Shown here in pieces: positions 24,892 through 34,662 of a stretch of 64,000 nt of DNA (the first letter of the stretch is position 1; each line of letters begins with the position of its first letter). Origin of the DNA: Candidatus Saccharimonadota bacterium. GTDB taxonomy: Bacteria; Patescibacteriota; Saccharimonadia; Saccharimonadales; JAXHMH01. The position numbers and the translations under genes are program-made. The notes beneath the pieces are model-generated. The model was given only the letters and a program-made list of their open reading frames with translations. It made no database searches and was not told the origin of the DNA. The stretch spans positions 640,444-704,443 of the forward strand of contig JAXHMH010000002.1 of assembly GCA_034521515.1 (NCBI GenBank), read 5' to 3'.

Positions 24892-27303
24892 TTGACCTTA
24901 AAGGGCGAGCCCCTTTGGAAGAAGATTATCGAGCCATTTCGTAGTATTTTTATGGCCATACTGTTCTTGGCAGCCGGTATCAGCTTCTTCATGGGTGAAA
25001 GCCTGGACGCTATAATAATTCTAGTCATAATCTCAATTAGCGCAGCTATATATTATATCCAACGGTTTTCTACAGAGAGAGTCCTTAAAACACTCAAAAA
25101 ATATGATGCCGCTAAGGTCGAAGTCTGGCGTGATAATAAAACGGCAGAAATACCGGTCGAAGAACTGGTACCAGGTGATATCATCAGATTGTATGAAGGT
25201 CAGAAAGTTCCGGCTGACGCTCGTATCATTAATGCTAGCAATGTGCGTGCGGACGAGTCATTACTGACCGGCGAATCGGCTCCCGTTACCAAACAAGATG
25301 CTGCATTATCCGGTGAACAAGAAACGTATTCCCAGAAAAACATGCTCTTTTCGGGTTCGTTTATTGTCGACGGCGAAATTACAGCACTAGTAACTGCAAC
25401 CGGCAACGATACAGAGTTTGGCAAAATTGCTGTATTGGCTCAAAACCGCGAAACCAGCTCGCCGGTACAGCAAAAAATAGACAAACTAATTGAATATATT
25501 GTCGGTGTTGTTGCTGTGTTGGCGGTATTCTTGATTATTTTAAGTCTTTTCAGAGATACTAGTTTTGCAGAGGCGGTTCACTTTGTACTGGCTTTATCTG
25601 TATCGGTTATACCGGAAGGTTTGCCAGTAGCTATATCGGTTGTTTTGGTGTTTGGCATGCGTCGGATGGCTCGCCGCAAGGCTTTGGTTCGGAATATGGC
25701 AGCCATTGAGAATATCGGGCTGATCACCACAATTGCCAGTGACAAGACCGGCACGCTCACCAAGAATCTACTGGAGGTAAACACTTTGTGGCACCTGGAT
25801 CCAAAAGCTGATTTAAGCCAGACCGCCGCTTACTTATTACTAAGTACCAACCGCAAAAACGATGTAGCACACGACCCGCTGGACGAAGCCTTCATCGCCT
25901 ATGCCAAAAAACATTCGCCAAGCAAAGAATCATACGAACAAGTTTCCAGCCATCCGTTCGATCCGGTTGTAGCAATGAGTGGAAACGTCTGGAAACATAA
26001 GGGCAAACACTGCATTTATCTGAAGGGTTCACCTGAGCGTATACTGGAAAAGACAACACTGACTGCAGCTGAAAAAAGCAAGGTGGAGGCGGAGCTTACT
26101 GAGCTATCGTCACAAGGGCTCCGGGTTATTGCGCTGGGTCGGGTCAACGATAAACAAGTTAAAGATCTTGATGAGCTCAAAGGCGTACCGATTGAGTTTT
26201 TGGCACTCATTGCGGTTGCCGATGAACTACGCCCAGAATCAAAGGGGGCAATCCGCGAAGCTCAACGCGCCGGTATTACGGTACGAATGATTACCGGTGA
26301 TCACTTTGAGACGGCATACAGCATAGGCCGCCAGCTCGGACTGTGTGATTCACGCGACCAAGTATTTGATAGCCGTCGTATAAAAGACATGAGCGACGAA
26401 GAACTGTCGGAAACAGTCAAGAATTCTCGAGTTTTTGCCCGCGTAATTCCGGAGCACAAACATCGCATTCTTGAAGTATTAAAAGAGCATGATATTACCG
26501 CCATGACTGGCGACGGTGTTAATGATGTACCGGCCTTGACTAACGCGCATATTGGGTTTGCCATGGGTAGCGGTTCTGAGATAGCCAAAGATGCTGGTGA
26601 TATCATACTGCTTGACAATAATTTCAAGAGCATTACTGCCGCCTTGAGCGAAGGTCGGAAGATCTTTGACAACATTCGGCGAATGCTTTTCTTATTACTG
26701 ACGACGAGTGCCGGTGAAGCTTTAACATTTATGGTAGCTTTACTGATTGGTATGCCGGTTCCAGTACTAGCGGTTCAGATTTTGTGGATTAACCTGGTTA
26801 CCGATACTGCTATGGTTATCCCGTTAGGTTTGGAGCCGGGCGAAAGCGATGTTATGCGCCGTAAACCGCGCAAGCCTAACAAGCCGATTCTTGGTAAGGT
26901 CGTGATAAGCCGGATGATTTTTATTGCCGCCGTTATGGCAACCGTAACCCTAAGCTTGTTCCATTACTTCAACCAGTTTATGAGCGAAGATTATGCCCGA
27001 ACTATCGCTTTCAGTGCGCTTGTAGTGATGCAATGGGCTGATGCGTTTAACGGCCGAAGCTTGTGGCAATCCATATTTATCCGTATCAAGACTATGAACA
27101 AAGCTTTCTACGTTGGGTTGACTATTGCGGTAGTTACACAGATGCTGGCTTTGTTCGGGCCGCTTCAGGGGGTATTGTCGCTTGAACCAATTTCAGTTCA
27201 GCACTTCTTGATCACGACGGTTATCGCGATGGCTCCGATTATCGCTGCTGGTGAATTACACAAGTTCTTTATTATTAAAAAGATAGACCCAGATTTCCGT
27301 TAA
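24892..27303 (+). CDS. Cation-transporting P-type ATPase (P2-like)
   Basis: Contains TGES, PEGLP, the phosphorylation site DKTGTLT, TGDGVNDVPAL and about 10 TM segments. The longest intact frame starts at TTG 24892. Confidence 0.85.
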   Translation: MTLKGEPLWKKIIEPFRSIFMAILFLAAGISFFMGESLDAIIILVIISISAAIYYIQRFSTERVLKTLKKYDAAKVEVWRDNKTAEIPVEELVPGDIIRLYEGQKVPADARIINASNVRADESLLTGESAPVTKQDAALSGEQETYSQKNMLFSGSFIVDGEITALVTATGNDTEFGKIAVLAQNRETSSPVQQKIDKLIEYIVGVVAVLAVFLIILSLFRDTSFAEAVHFVLALSVSVIPEGLPVAISVVLVFGMRRMARRKALVRNMAAIENIGLITTIASDKTGTLTKNLLEVNTLWHLDPKADLSQTAAYLLLSTNRKNDVAHDPLDEAFIAYAKKHSPSKESYEQVSSHPFDPVVAMSGNVWKHKGKHCIYLKGSPERILEKTTLTAAEKSKVEAELTELSSQGLRVIALGRVNDKQVKDLDELKGVPIEFLALIAVADELRPESKGAIREAQRAGITVRMITGDHFETAYSIGRQLGLCDSRDQVFDSRRIKDMSDEELSETVKNSRVFARVIPEHKHRILEVLKEHDITAMTGDGVNDVPALTNAHIGFAMGSGSEIAKDAGDIILLDNNFKSITAALSEGRKIFDNIRRMLFLLLTTSAGEALTFMVALLIGMPVPVLAVQILWINLVTDTAMVIPLGLEPGESDVMRRKPRKPNKPILGKVVISRMIFIAAVMATVTLSLFHYFNQFMSEDYARTIAFSALVVMQWADAFNGRSLWQSIFIRIKTMNKAFYVGLTIAVVTQMLALFGPLQGVLSLEPISVQHFLITTVIAMAPIIAAGELHKFFIIKKIDPDFR

Positions 27304-27365
27304 AACACAAGCATTGTTGGGTAAGACCTAACCCTGTGGTTAAATAATAGGCGAGTAGCTAAACT

Positions 27366-28589
27366 ATGCAAGAATTTATCCCATTTTTTATTATATTGCT
27401 CATTGCCGTAGTCTTCTCTTGGGCGTTTGCTCGAGCGCGCATTCCATGGGTAGTGTCGCTTATTGTTGGTGGAATCATTGCCGGTCCAAATGGCTTCGGT
27501 TGGTTCAGCGGTAACGAGACCATAGATTTCCTGGCAACTATCGGGTTGGTATTTTTGATGTTTATGGCGGGGCTGGAGGCAAAACTTTCGGAGCTAAAAG
27601 ACATAAAAGCCGATATCGCGATAATCGGTCTGTTTATTGGAATATTACCGCCGTTGGTCGGGACAGGAATTATCTTGAGTTTTGGTTATGGTTTAACCCC
27701 CGCAATTCTTATGGGCATCGTGTTTATGTCGCCAGCAATTGCCATGTTGTTGCCACAATTTCAAGCCAACAACATATTAACAACCAAACTTGGGCGAACC
27801 ATTGTTAGTTCAACGGTTATTATTGATGCACTGAGCCTGCTGCTGCTTTCAGTGTTTTTACAATTTGCAACCGGTGGCGGCCCAAGCGTGAGTTCGCTAT
27901 TGGTTTATCCGTTCGCTATGGTTCTACTAGGAGCTTTTGCCTGGGTGCTGCCGCGGGTACGGTGGCTGGTTGTGCCGCGTCCCGCTAAGGATGCTCCCGA
28001 TATGTTTGAGCGGGAATTACGCTTTACCATATTAGTCTTAATCGGCTTAGTGGTGTTCTTTGAGTTCATCGGTTTGCACGCTATAATTGCCGGTTTCTTC
28101 GGCGGCATGATCTTATCACATGCTATGGATAGCGCAATTATTAAAGCCAAGCTGCACGCCATTAGCTACGGGTTCTTTGTGCCTATATTCTTTGTGTCAG
28201 TTGGTGCGAACACCGATTTATCGGTTTTTACAGAAGGCTTGCGTCCGCTGATTATTACATTTGTTGTTGTGGTAGCACTGGTTATTTCAAAGTTTTTCAG
28301 CGGCTGGATCGGCGCACGGCTGAGTGGGCTTGATAATCTTTCTAGCATGTTAGTTGGATCGTCAGCAATACCGCAACTTGCAACTGCGTTAGCAGTAGCG
28401 TTTCTAGGTTTCGGGGAAGGTATTTTACCGCCAGAATTGCTTTCGGCTGTTATCGGCATGGTTATCGTTACCAGCGTCGTCGCTCCGATATTCGTAAGTA
28501 TTTTAAGCAGAAGAATCATGAGCCAGGCTCATCCAACTACCCGCAGCAACGCCTTGAGCGAGATGCCATCATCCGATGTTCACGCCTAG
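27366..28589 (+). CDS. Cation:proton antiporter (CPA/Kef-type Na+/H+ exchanger family)
   Basis: 407 aa, about 11-12 TM segments, with the typical GPNGFGW..ETIDFLATIGLVFLMFMAGLE N-terminal block. Confidence 0.8.
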   Translation: MQEFIPFFIILLIAVVFSWAFARARIPWVVSLIVGGIIAGPNGFGWFSGNETIDFLATIGLVFLMFMAGLEAKLSELKDIKADIAIIGLFIGILPPLVGTGIILSFGYGLTPAILMGIVFMSPAIAMLLPQFQANNILTTKLGRTIVSSTVIIDALSLLLLSVFLQFATGGGPSVSSLLVYPFAMVLLGAFAWVLPRVRWLVVPRPAKDAPDMFERELRFTILVLIGLVVFFEFIGLHAIIAGFFGGMILSHAMDSAIIKAKLHAISYGFFVPIFFVSVGANTDLSVFTEGLRPLIITFVVVVALVISKFFSGWIGARLSGLDNLSSMLVGSSAIPQLATALAVAFLGFGEGILPPELLSAVIGMVIVTSVVAPIFVSILSRRIMSQAHPTTRSNALSEMPSSDVHA

Positions 28590-28710
28590 TACATACTTTT
28601 TAATGCAACCTAAGTTTATGGCAATATAACCGGAAGCATTTTGCATAAATTTTATAAAAGTAGTACATTAACAGTAGAAATTAATAATAATAGAAATTTA
28701 GGCATACAAT

Positions 28711-29415
28711 ATGGAACTTCATACATTCCTGGTCGCACTACACCTACTTGGTTTCGCGTTTGGTATAGGCGGAGCTACTGCTAGTGACTTGGTGTTTATT
28801 CGCTCAACTAAAGACGGGCAGGTATCTAAAGACGAGTACAAGTTAATAAAAACTCTATCTTTTCTGGTCTGGACAAGTGTTGCATTACTGATTGTGTCGG
28901 GTGCGGCAGCTATGTTGCTTGAATACAGGGAACTGGGCGAAATACCACGCCTGGGATGGAGTTTTTTCCAGATGAAGCTAATTATATTTAGTGTTTTGGT
29001 AGCAAACGGTATCATATTTCATACCAAGGTATTTCCGTACCTGAAAAAGAGCATCGGAAAGTCGTTTCGGTCTGCCTCCCTTCAGTCTAAGTACTGGTTG
29101 TTTGCACTAACGGGCGCGGTTTCGATTGTTTCCTGGTACACCGCATTTATTATGGTGGCCTTTAGCCGAGTTTGGAATGAATATTCTTGGGTGGTGCTGA
29201 TAACCGGTTATCTTATGGTTATGGCATTTGGAGTGGTTGGTGCCTACCTCACGCTTAAACTACATGCTAATAACGGCAAGCTCATAAAAACTTTAAAACA
29301 GAGCAATGACAGTCAATTTGTCAGAGTGGTTTTGTTAATTGCTGTTGGATTAATTGGTTTACTTGTTCTACAGCTTTTGCATATTCACCTTGTCCAAAGC
29401 ACTATCGTTCTTTAG
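28711..29415 (+). CDS. Membrane protein, function unknown
   Basis: 234 aa with about 6 hydrophobic helices. Confidence 0.5.
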   Translation: MELHTFLVALHLLGFAFGIGGATASDLVFIRSTKDGQVSKDEYKLIKTLSFLVWTSVALLIVSGAAAMLLEYRELGEIPRLGWSFFQMKLIIFSVLVANGIIFHTKVFPYLKKSIGKSFRSASLQSKYWLFALTGAVSIVSWYTAFIMVAFSRVWNEYSWVVLITGYLMVMAFGVVGAYLTLKLHANNGKLIKTLKQSNDSQFVRVVLLIAVGLIGLLVLQLLHIHLVQSTIVL

Positions 29416-29427
29416 GATATACCTGTT

Positions 29428-29721
29428 ATGTCTGAAACCTTACTAACCCTACATATTGCCGGTGCTTTTATCTCGTTTGGTGTGGTTGCGCACGGTATAG
29501 CATCGGCACTTCTACGTAAAGGTGTACTGCAACGCATCAAGCAGTACGTTGTAACAGCTGCGGTGTATATGATTGGAACCGGTGCGGGCTTAATCATGTT
29601 ACGCCCGTCAACGGCTGCACTGGCAACTTTTTGCATCAGTGGACTGGCGTTCACCTCTATGTTCGCAATTACTTACAAGCTAGCAGCTTGGCGATTGAGC
29701 CCACAAACCCTAAAACGTTAA
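29428..29721 (+). CDS. Small membrane protein, function unknown
   Basis: 97 aa with 3 hydrophobic helices, adjacent to the previous gene. Confidence 0.45.
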   Translation: MSETLLTLHIAGAFISFGVVAHGIASALLRKGVLQRIKQYVVTAAVYMIGTGAGLIMLRPSTAALATFCISGLAFTSMFAITYKLAAWRLSPQTLKR

Positions 29722-29745
29722 ACGCGCCAGTCGAGTGGCGCGTTT
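29720..29745. terminator. Hairpin between convergent genes (AAACGCGCCA-GTCGAG-TGGCGCGTTT)
   Basis: 10-bp GC-rich stem flanked by A-runs and T-runs on both sides. A near-identical copy lies at 33521-33546. Confidence 0.7.
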
Positions 29746-29782
29746 AAATTTAGCATGGGTTTTAAGGTAGATAAGAGACTGG

Positions 29783-30121
29783 TTAAGCAGCGGATCCTTC
29801 AAAACCAAAGCCTGCATCTTGCCAGCCTGCTAGGCCGTCGTCGAAATCAGCCACGTTTGTAAAACCAGCTTTCTCGATTGAAGCAGCGGCGGCGGGACTA
29901 GCCCCACACGTTGCCGAAGAACAATACACAACAAGCGGCGTATCCTTGTCGATGTTTTGCTTTTCTACCTCGTGGATTAATTCTGGTCCGTTAGGTATGT
30001 TTATAGCACCTGGAATATGACGTGCTTCGTAACTTTCTGGCGCAAGTACGTCTATGACAACGGTTTGCTTATTGTTTTGTCGTAGGTCTTTTAGTTCTGC
30101 TGCCGTGATTGATCGTGGCAT
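29783..30121 (-). CDS. Rhodanese-domain sulfurtransferase
   Basis: Active-site loop VVYCSSATCGAS and the typical single-domain size of 112 aa. Confidence 0.8.
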   Translation of the reverse strand: MPRSITAAELKDLRQNNKQTVVIDVLAPESYEARHIPGAINIPNGPELIHEVEKQNIDKDTPLVVYCSSATCGASPAAAASIEKAGFTNVADFDDGLAGWQDAGFGFEGSAA

Positions 30122-30153
30122 AGATCCCCTTAATTTAGTCGATATTTTTACTA

Positions 30154-30408
30154 TTATTTGGCAAGACCGAGTGCATGGTCAATCTTGTGCCTGTCAAAAC
30201 CAAGCACGCTCACTTCTTCGCCATTATCTTGCTCAATGATTGTAAACGGCACACCAAGTTGACCGCTTTTCTCATACAATTCTTTGGCGAGTGACTGGTC
30301 TTCATCGGCTATCTTCTCATCGTACGTTATATCGTGGTTTTGCAGGTAGCTCTTGAGCATTTTGCAATACCCGCAGGTTGACGTACTATAGATTGTTATT
30401 TTAGACAT
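30154..30408 (-). CDS. Glutaredoxin/NrdH-like small thiol-disulfide protein
   Basis: IYSTSTCGYCKMLK contains a CxxC motif, with ..GVPF.. further on. 84 aa. Confidence 0.8.
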   Translation of the reverse strand: MSKITIYSTSTCGYCKMLKSYLQNHDITYDEKIADEDQSLAKELYEKSGQLGVPFTIIEQDNGEEVSVLGFDRHKIDHALGLAK

Positions 30409-30420
30409 GGTTGCCCTCCT

Positions 30421-30735
30421 TTATTTACTTTCTTCAACCGCGATTTGTTCGATCTTATGAACTAAATCATCCTGGTTCTTCAAAACATAACATATGCGCT
30501 GTCCGAACCGTTGCTTATCAACTAGCCCGACAATCTCAAAATTACGAAAGTGTTGCGATACGGCTGACGGTGATATATCTAGTTCATCTGCTATTTCTGA
30601 AACGCACATTTCCTGGCGAGACATGAGCAATTTGAACAACTTATAACGCGTCTTGTCGCCAAGTAGTTGCATGATATAAATTAGCCGCTCTTCCGAGTTG
30701 GTTAGTTGTGGATTATGAATGCTAGTTGATTGCAT
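30421..30735 (-). CDS. ArsR/SmtB-family transcriptional regulator
   Basis: Winged HTH block: LLGDKTRYKLFKLL..EMCVSEIADELDISPSAVSQHFRNFEIVGLV. Confidence 0.8.
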   Translation of the reverse strand: MQSTSIHNPQLTNSEERLIYIMQLLGDKTRYKLFKLLMSRQEMCVSEIADELDISPSAVSQHFRNFEIVGLVDKQRFGQRICYVLKNQDDLVHKIEQIAVEESK

Positions 30736-30809
30736 ATAAGTATTTTAGCATACACTTAAACATCTGCAATAGGATTTTATGATTTTTTACGGACTGGCAT
30801 TATACTGTA

Positions 30810-31754
30810 ATGGTGACAAGACAAGCTAAAAATACAAAACTGTCAAATAACTCAAGTAAGTCAAACCGCAAGTTTAACCTGTTTGGAATCGGTGCTTTTA
30901 TGGGTTTGGCAGATTTGGTTCCGGGAGTTTCCGGCGGTACAATCGCCTTTATTTTTGGTATATACGAAGAGTTAGTGGCGGCCATTAAAAGTGTCACAAG
31001 CAAGACAATCACACTTACTTTGAAAGGTAACATCATCGCCGCCTTTCGCAGTGTGCCGTTTAATTTTTTGGTTCCGTTGCTTGGCGGTATCGTGTTGGCT
31101 ATTTTTACTATGGCCGGTCTTGTCTCGTACTTGATTGATAATCACACGACTTATATTTACGCTGCCTTTTTTGGGCTGATAGTCGGCTCAGTCTATGTTG
31201 TAAGCCAGCGGTTACCACGTTGGCGTATGCAGGATAAGCTGGCGTTGGTCGCAGGCGCAGTGTCAGTGTTTTTAATCGTCGGCTTAACTGCCGGTGATTT
31301 GCCAGCCACGCCTTTGGTGTTTTTCTTGACTGGTCTCGTGGCATTTTGCGCCATGATACTACCAGGTATTTCCGGATCATTAATCATGTTGATAATTGGT
31401 TCTTATACGGCAGTGTTGCAGGCTGTGTCGGATAAGAATATCTCACTACTACTGTTTTTAGTTATCGGCGGGGCAATAGGGTTAGCGCTGTTTTCGCGGT
31501 TGTTGTCATGGCTACTACTGTCTCATCACAACGTAGTAGTTGCGCTGCTTATCGGTATGATGATTGGCTCGCTCCGTAAAGTATGGCCCTGGCAAGAAAT
31601 TGTAGAAGGTGATTTAACGCGTAATGTTTTGCCGTCTATTGACCTAAAGCTACTTTTGGTTTTCATCATAATAGTAGTGGCCGCGATATTAATTGTCCGG
31701 CTTGGTCAGCGAGGTATCATTCACGATCATCGTCTCGAAGATATCCGACAATAG
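30810..31754 (+). CDS. DUF368-family membrane protein (polyprenyl-phosphate transporter-like)
   Basis: Duplicated DUF368 motif: ADLVPGVSGGTIAFIFGIYEEL and AMILPGISGSLIMLIIGSY. Confidence 0.75.
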   Translation: MVTRQAKNTKLSNNSSKSNRKFNLFGIGAFMGLADLVPGVSGGTIAFIFGIYEELVAAIKSVTSKTITLTLKGNIIAAFRSVPFNFLVPLLGGIVLAIFTMAGLVSYLIDNHTTYIYAAFFGLIVGSVYVVSQRLPRWRMQDKLALVAGAVSVFLIVGLTAGDLPATPLVFFLTGLVAFCAMILPGISGSLIMLIIGSYTAVLQAVSDKNISLLLFLVIGGAIGLALFSRLLSWLLLSHHNVVVALLIGMMIGSLRKVWPWQEIVEGDLTRNVLPSIDLKLLLVFIIIVVAAILIVRLGQRGIIHDHRLEDIRQ

Positions 31755-31817
31755 ACACATGATTAACAGTATATAAATATAAACGCGCCCCTGGTTTTAT
31801 GATATTCTAATAGAATT

Positions 31818-32735
31818 ATGAAACGGACATTACAAAAACAATTGTCGCGGTTAACACTGCCAGACTACATTTTTTTTGCAGGTGTTTGTGTAGCTATTGT
31901 GTCGCTTTTGGCGTTTTATTTTGTAGACTTGCGCAATGTTTTTGGATTACGTGACATACTTTTTGCGGTTAACCCGTTATATTTTTACACTGACTATGTG
32001 CCTCTATTTTTTGCTCACTGGGGTAGAAATGGTGGGTTGGCGGAGATCCTCCAATACGGTTTGCTCGGCAGCTCAGCTTTAATTATGATGTATTGCGCCG
32101 GCAGTCTTTATGCGCGTCGAATAGCTCAAACCAGTAAGGAAGCTCGCCGCCAAACTACGCAACTGTTTATGTTTACGCTACTGATAGCTGTAGCTTTGCT
32201 ATTGATGCTCATGCAGGATGCTGCAGGCATTAGGCACACTCTTATGGGTTATGTGCAAGCAATTGCTGATGAGCAAGATCAAGGCGTGTTTGGCACACTA
32301 TTTGAGATGCTTTACTTCATAGTGCTTGGCGGCATTCCTGTGTACGCCTATATTCGCTATGGTGCACCACTGAAGCAGTTGGCACGCGCCAAGGTATATA
32401 TCATCATCGCTTATGTATTTTATTTTGCAGCCGGATCTCTGTCGTTCGCAGGTACTGCATTTTCTAAGCTGGTATCTCAAAACGTATACGAGATTGCTGG
32501 TGACAAGTTCTATAACTTTGCACTAAGTATTGGCGACCCGGGGCTGCAATCTGCTTGGGCTGCACTTCAGGCAACACATTGGTGGTACCCTATTGCGTTT
32601 AACTTGATGGATCATCTTGTAGAGGAGAACCTCGAACTTATTGCTGCCGGAGCATTTTTAGCAGCTGCAACATCTATATATATCTTTGTTAACAATACGA
32701 ATACTCAGAACTCCGAAGTAAAACCAACACCATAG
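31818..32735 (+). CDS. Membrane protein, function unknown
   Basis: 305 aa with about 8 hydrophobic helices. Confidence 0.5.
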   Translation: MKRTLQKQLSRLTLPDYIFFAGVCVAIVSLLAFYFVDLRNVFGLRDILFAVNPLYFYTDYVPLFFAHWGRNGGLAEILQYGLLGSSALIMMYCAGSLYARRIAQTSKEARRQTTQLFMFTLLIAVALLLMLMQDAAGIRHTLMGYVQAIADEQDQGVFGTLFEMLYFIVLGGIPVYAYIRYGAPLKQLARAKVYIIIAYVFYFAAGSLSFAGTAFSKLVSQNVYEIAGDKFYNFALSIGDPGLQSAWAALQATHWWYPIAFNLMDHLVEENLELIAAGAFLAAATSIYIFVNNTNTQNSEVKPTP

Positions 32736-32758
32736 CGAATAAAGCGTATAATGAGTGT

Positions 32759-33496
32759 ATGCATAAACAAAATACAGCCTATAACGATCTAAAAGCACTA
32801 TTTATAAATTGCTCGATTAAGCAGGATAAAGCGCAATCGCACACACAGACATTGATGGATAAAGCAGCCAGTGTCATGAGCGAGCAAGGAGTGAAGATTG
32901 AGCATCGCTACGCGCTTGATTATGAAATCGCCTTTGGCATGGTCAAAGACGGCAACCAAGAAGGGCAAACTGATGATTGGCCGATGATTCAGCAAAAAAT
33001 TATGGATGCCGACATTTTGGTGATTGGAACCCCGATATGGCTTGGCGCAAAGTCAAGTGTTGCTACCCAAGTTATTGAGCGGATGTACGCCTATAGCGGC
33101 GACATGAACCACAAAAATCAGTATGCTTATTATGGCAAGACAGGCGGGTGTGTTATTACGGGTAATGAAGACGGAGCAAAGCATTGCGCGATGGATATCT
33201 TGTATGCTATGGGGCATATTGGTTACACCATACCGCCGCAGGCAGACTGTGCGTGGCTGGGTGAGGCTGGACCAGGTCCGAGTTACGGAGACACCGAGTG
33301 GGACGGTAAGGTGCTTAATCCGCCGGCTGGTTTTGATAATCAGTTTACCAATCGAAACACCACTTTCATGGCTTGGAATTTAATGCACATGGCACGCTTG
33401 TTAAAAGACAACAATGGTCTGCCAGCAGTAGGTAACACCACGGAGGGATGGCAAGAGGTTACTAATGCTGCAAGTGACAACCCCGAATATCGATAA
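32759..33496 (+). CDS. Flavodoxin-fold NAD(P)H-dependent FMN reductase family protein
   Basis: Contains ADILVIGTPIWLGAKSS and GKTGGCVITGNEDG, the motif layout of flavodoxin-like oxidoreductases. Confidence 0.65.
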   Translation: MHKQNTAYNDLKALFINCSIKQDKAQSHTQTLMDKAASVMSEQGVKIEHRYALDYEIAFGMVKDGNQEGQTDDWPMIQQKIMDADILVIGTPIWLGAKSSVATQVIERMYAYSGDMNHKNQYAYYGKTGGCVITGNEDGAKHCAMDILYAMGHIGYTIPPQADCAWLGEAGPGPSYGDTEWDGKVLNPPAGFDNQFTNRNTTFMAWNLMHMARLLKDNNGLPAVGNTTEGWQEVTNAASDNPEYR

Positions 33497-33520
33497 AAAC
33501 AAAAAATAACGGATAATGCT

Positions 33521-33546
33521 AAACGCGCCAGTCGACTGGCGCGTTT
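33521..33546. terminator. 26-bp perfect palindrome between convergent genes (AAACGCGCCAGTC|GACTGGCGCGTTT)
   Basis: Differs from the 29720-29745 hairpin by one loop base. Confidence 0.7.
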
Positions 33547-33570
33547 AATGCAAGAAGCGTATCCAGTGCT

Positions 33571-33948
33571 TTAACTACTTAAGCAGGTTTGAATAGCAGC
33601 TGTTTCTTCTTGGTTGGGTTGCTGACCTTGTTGTAACTCAGTAAAGCGTTCTTCGCCGACCTCATCACTTACGCAGTCAAGTTGTTCCTGGGTTGGCTGC
33701 TGTTGCTGTTGTTGAGGTGGTGGTGTTTGAGAGCCTTGAGTGTCTTGTTGCTGGGCGACTTCTGGTTGTTTAGTTAGGTTAAGGTTCTCTACCCACGTGC
33801 CGCTACCAAAAACTGCAACTGCCATTAGGGTCAATACGGCGACACCGATTGTTGACCAGACCATATAATTAAAGTTTTTCAGCCCGCGTGAAAAACCGCT
33901 GCTGTCTGTAGATTTATCCTTGCTTGAATTTTGTTCCATAAGCACCAC
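33571..33948 (-). CDS. Membrane-anchored Gln/Pro-rich hypothetical protein
   Basis: 125 aa with one TM helix followed by a PPPQQQQQQP low-complexity stretch. Confidence 0.45.
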   Translation of the reverse strand: MVLMEQNSSKDKSTDSSGFSRGLKNFNYMVWSTIGVAVLTLMAVAVFGSGTWVENLNLTKQPEVAQQQDTQGSQTPPPQQQQQQPTQEQLDCVSDEVGEERFTELQQGQQPNQEETAAIQTCLSS

Positions 33949-34002
33949 CCTAACACGCTAATGTGTTACCGCAAAACATAACATATTTTTTGTCGGGCTA
34001 GA

Positions 34003-34470
34003 TTACTCAACAATAACAGTACCGGTAATGTGTGAGGCTAGATGATTGTGGTAACCCCACGTTCCACTCTCTTCAAAAGTAAAACTATACGTTCCGCCGA
34101 CTGGAATTTGGCCGGAATCAAATTCCGGTAAGTCAGTGTGGCTGGGGTGCGTATCGGAAGCCACCCACATGGAACGATCAGCGTTATTTGTAAAAATTAC
34201 CGTTTCGCCGGCACTGATAGATATTTCGCTTGGGCTAAAAGAGCTTCCGTCGTAGGTTACCTGTTGTGCGTCAGAAGCAGTTGAGCTTGGGTCTTGAGAA
34301 TCGCTGTTGTTTGTTGTTGGGTTCGTATTTGTCTGCTGGTCAGTAGCTTGGGTGGAGGTTTCTGGGTTATTGGCTCCATTGGTAGCACCATTATCCTGGA
34401 ATACCATAAATATCCCGATGCCGGCCACTAGTACAAAGATCGCTATTATTGCTAAAAACCCCTTATTCAT
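34003..34470 (-). CDS. Membrane-anchored cupredoxin-like protein
   Basis: ATG 34470 gives the signal anchor MNKGFLAIIAIFVLVAG. The C-terminal block is SAGETVIFTNNADRSMWVASDTHP.H...FDS.....G.TYSFTF...G.WGYHNHL..H..G.VIV. Confidence 0.65.
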   Translation of the reverse strand: MNKGFLAIIAIFVLVAGIGIFMVFQDNGATNGANNPETSTQATDQQTNTNPTTNNSDSQDPSSTASDAQQVTYDGSSFSPSEISISAGETVIFTNNADRSMWVASDTHPSHTDLPEFDSGQIPVGGTYSFTFEESGTWGYHNHLASHITGTVIVE

Positions 34471-34558
34471 CCTTGAGCCCCCATTATCCATTATGATTAC
34501 GTTCGTGATTACAATTATACCATTGCGTGTTAGTGGAGAGCGGTGAGTAGTGAGACGT

Positions 34559-34650
34559 GAGTACCTAGTACCCAGTACCCAGCAACCAGTACACAGCACA
34601 ACAGTACACAGTACCTAGTACGCAGTATCTAGTACATAGTACACAGTGCT
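34559..34650 (+). repeat. Tandem heptanucleotide array, ~13 units of YAGTACN
   Basis: GAGTACC TAGTACC CAGTACC CAGCAAC CAGTACA ... TAGTACA CAGTGCT, preceded by GGTGAGTAGTGAG (34542-34554). Confidence 0.9.
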
Positions 34651-34662
34651 TGGGTTTTTGGT

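Noticed and set aside
34559-34650. CRISPR array interpretation of the tandem repeats here, at 35215-35263 and at 57698-57753.
   Set aside because: The units are contiguous 7-mers with no spacers, and there are no cas genes. They are microsatellite-like heptads, not CRISPR.
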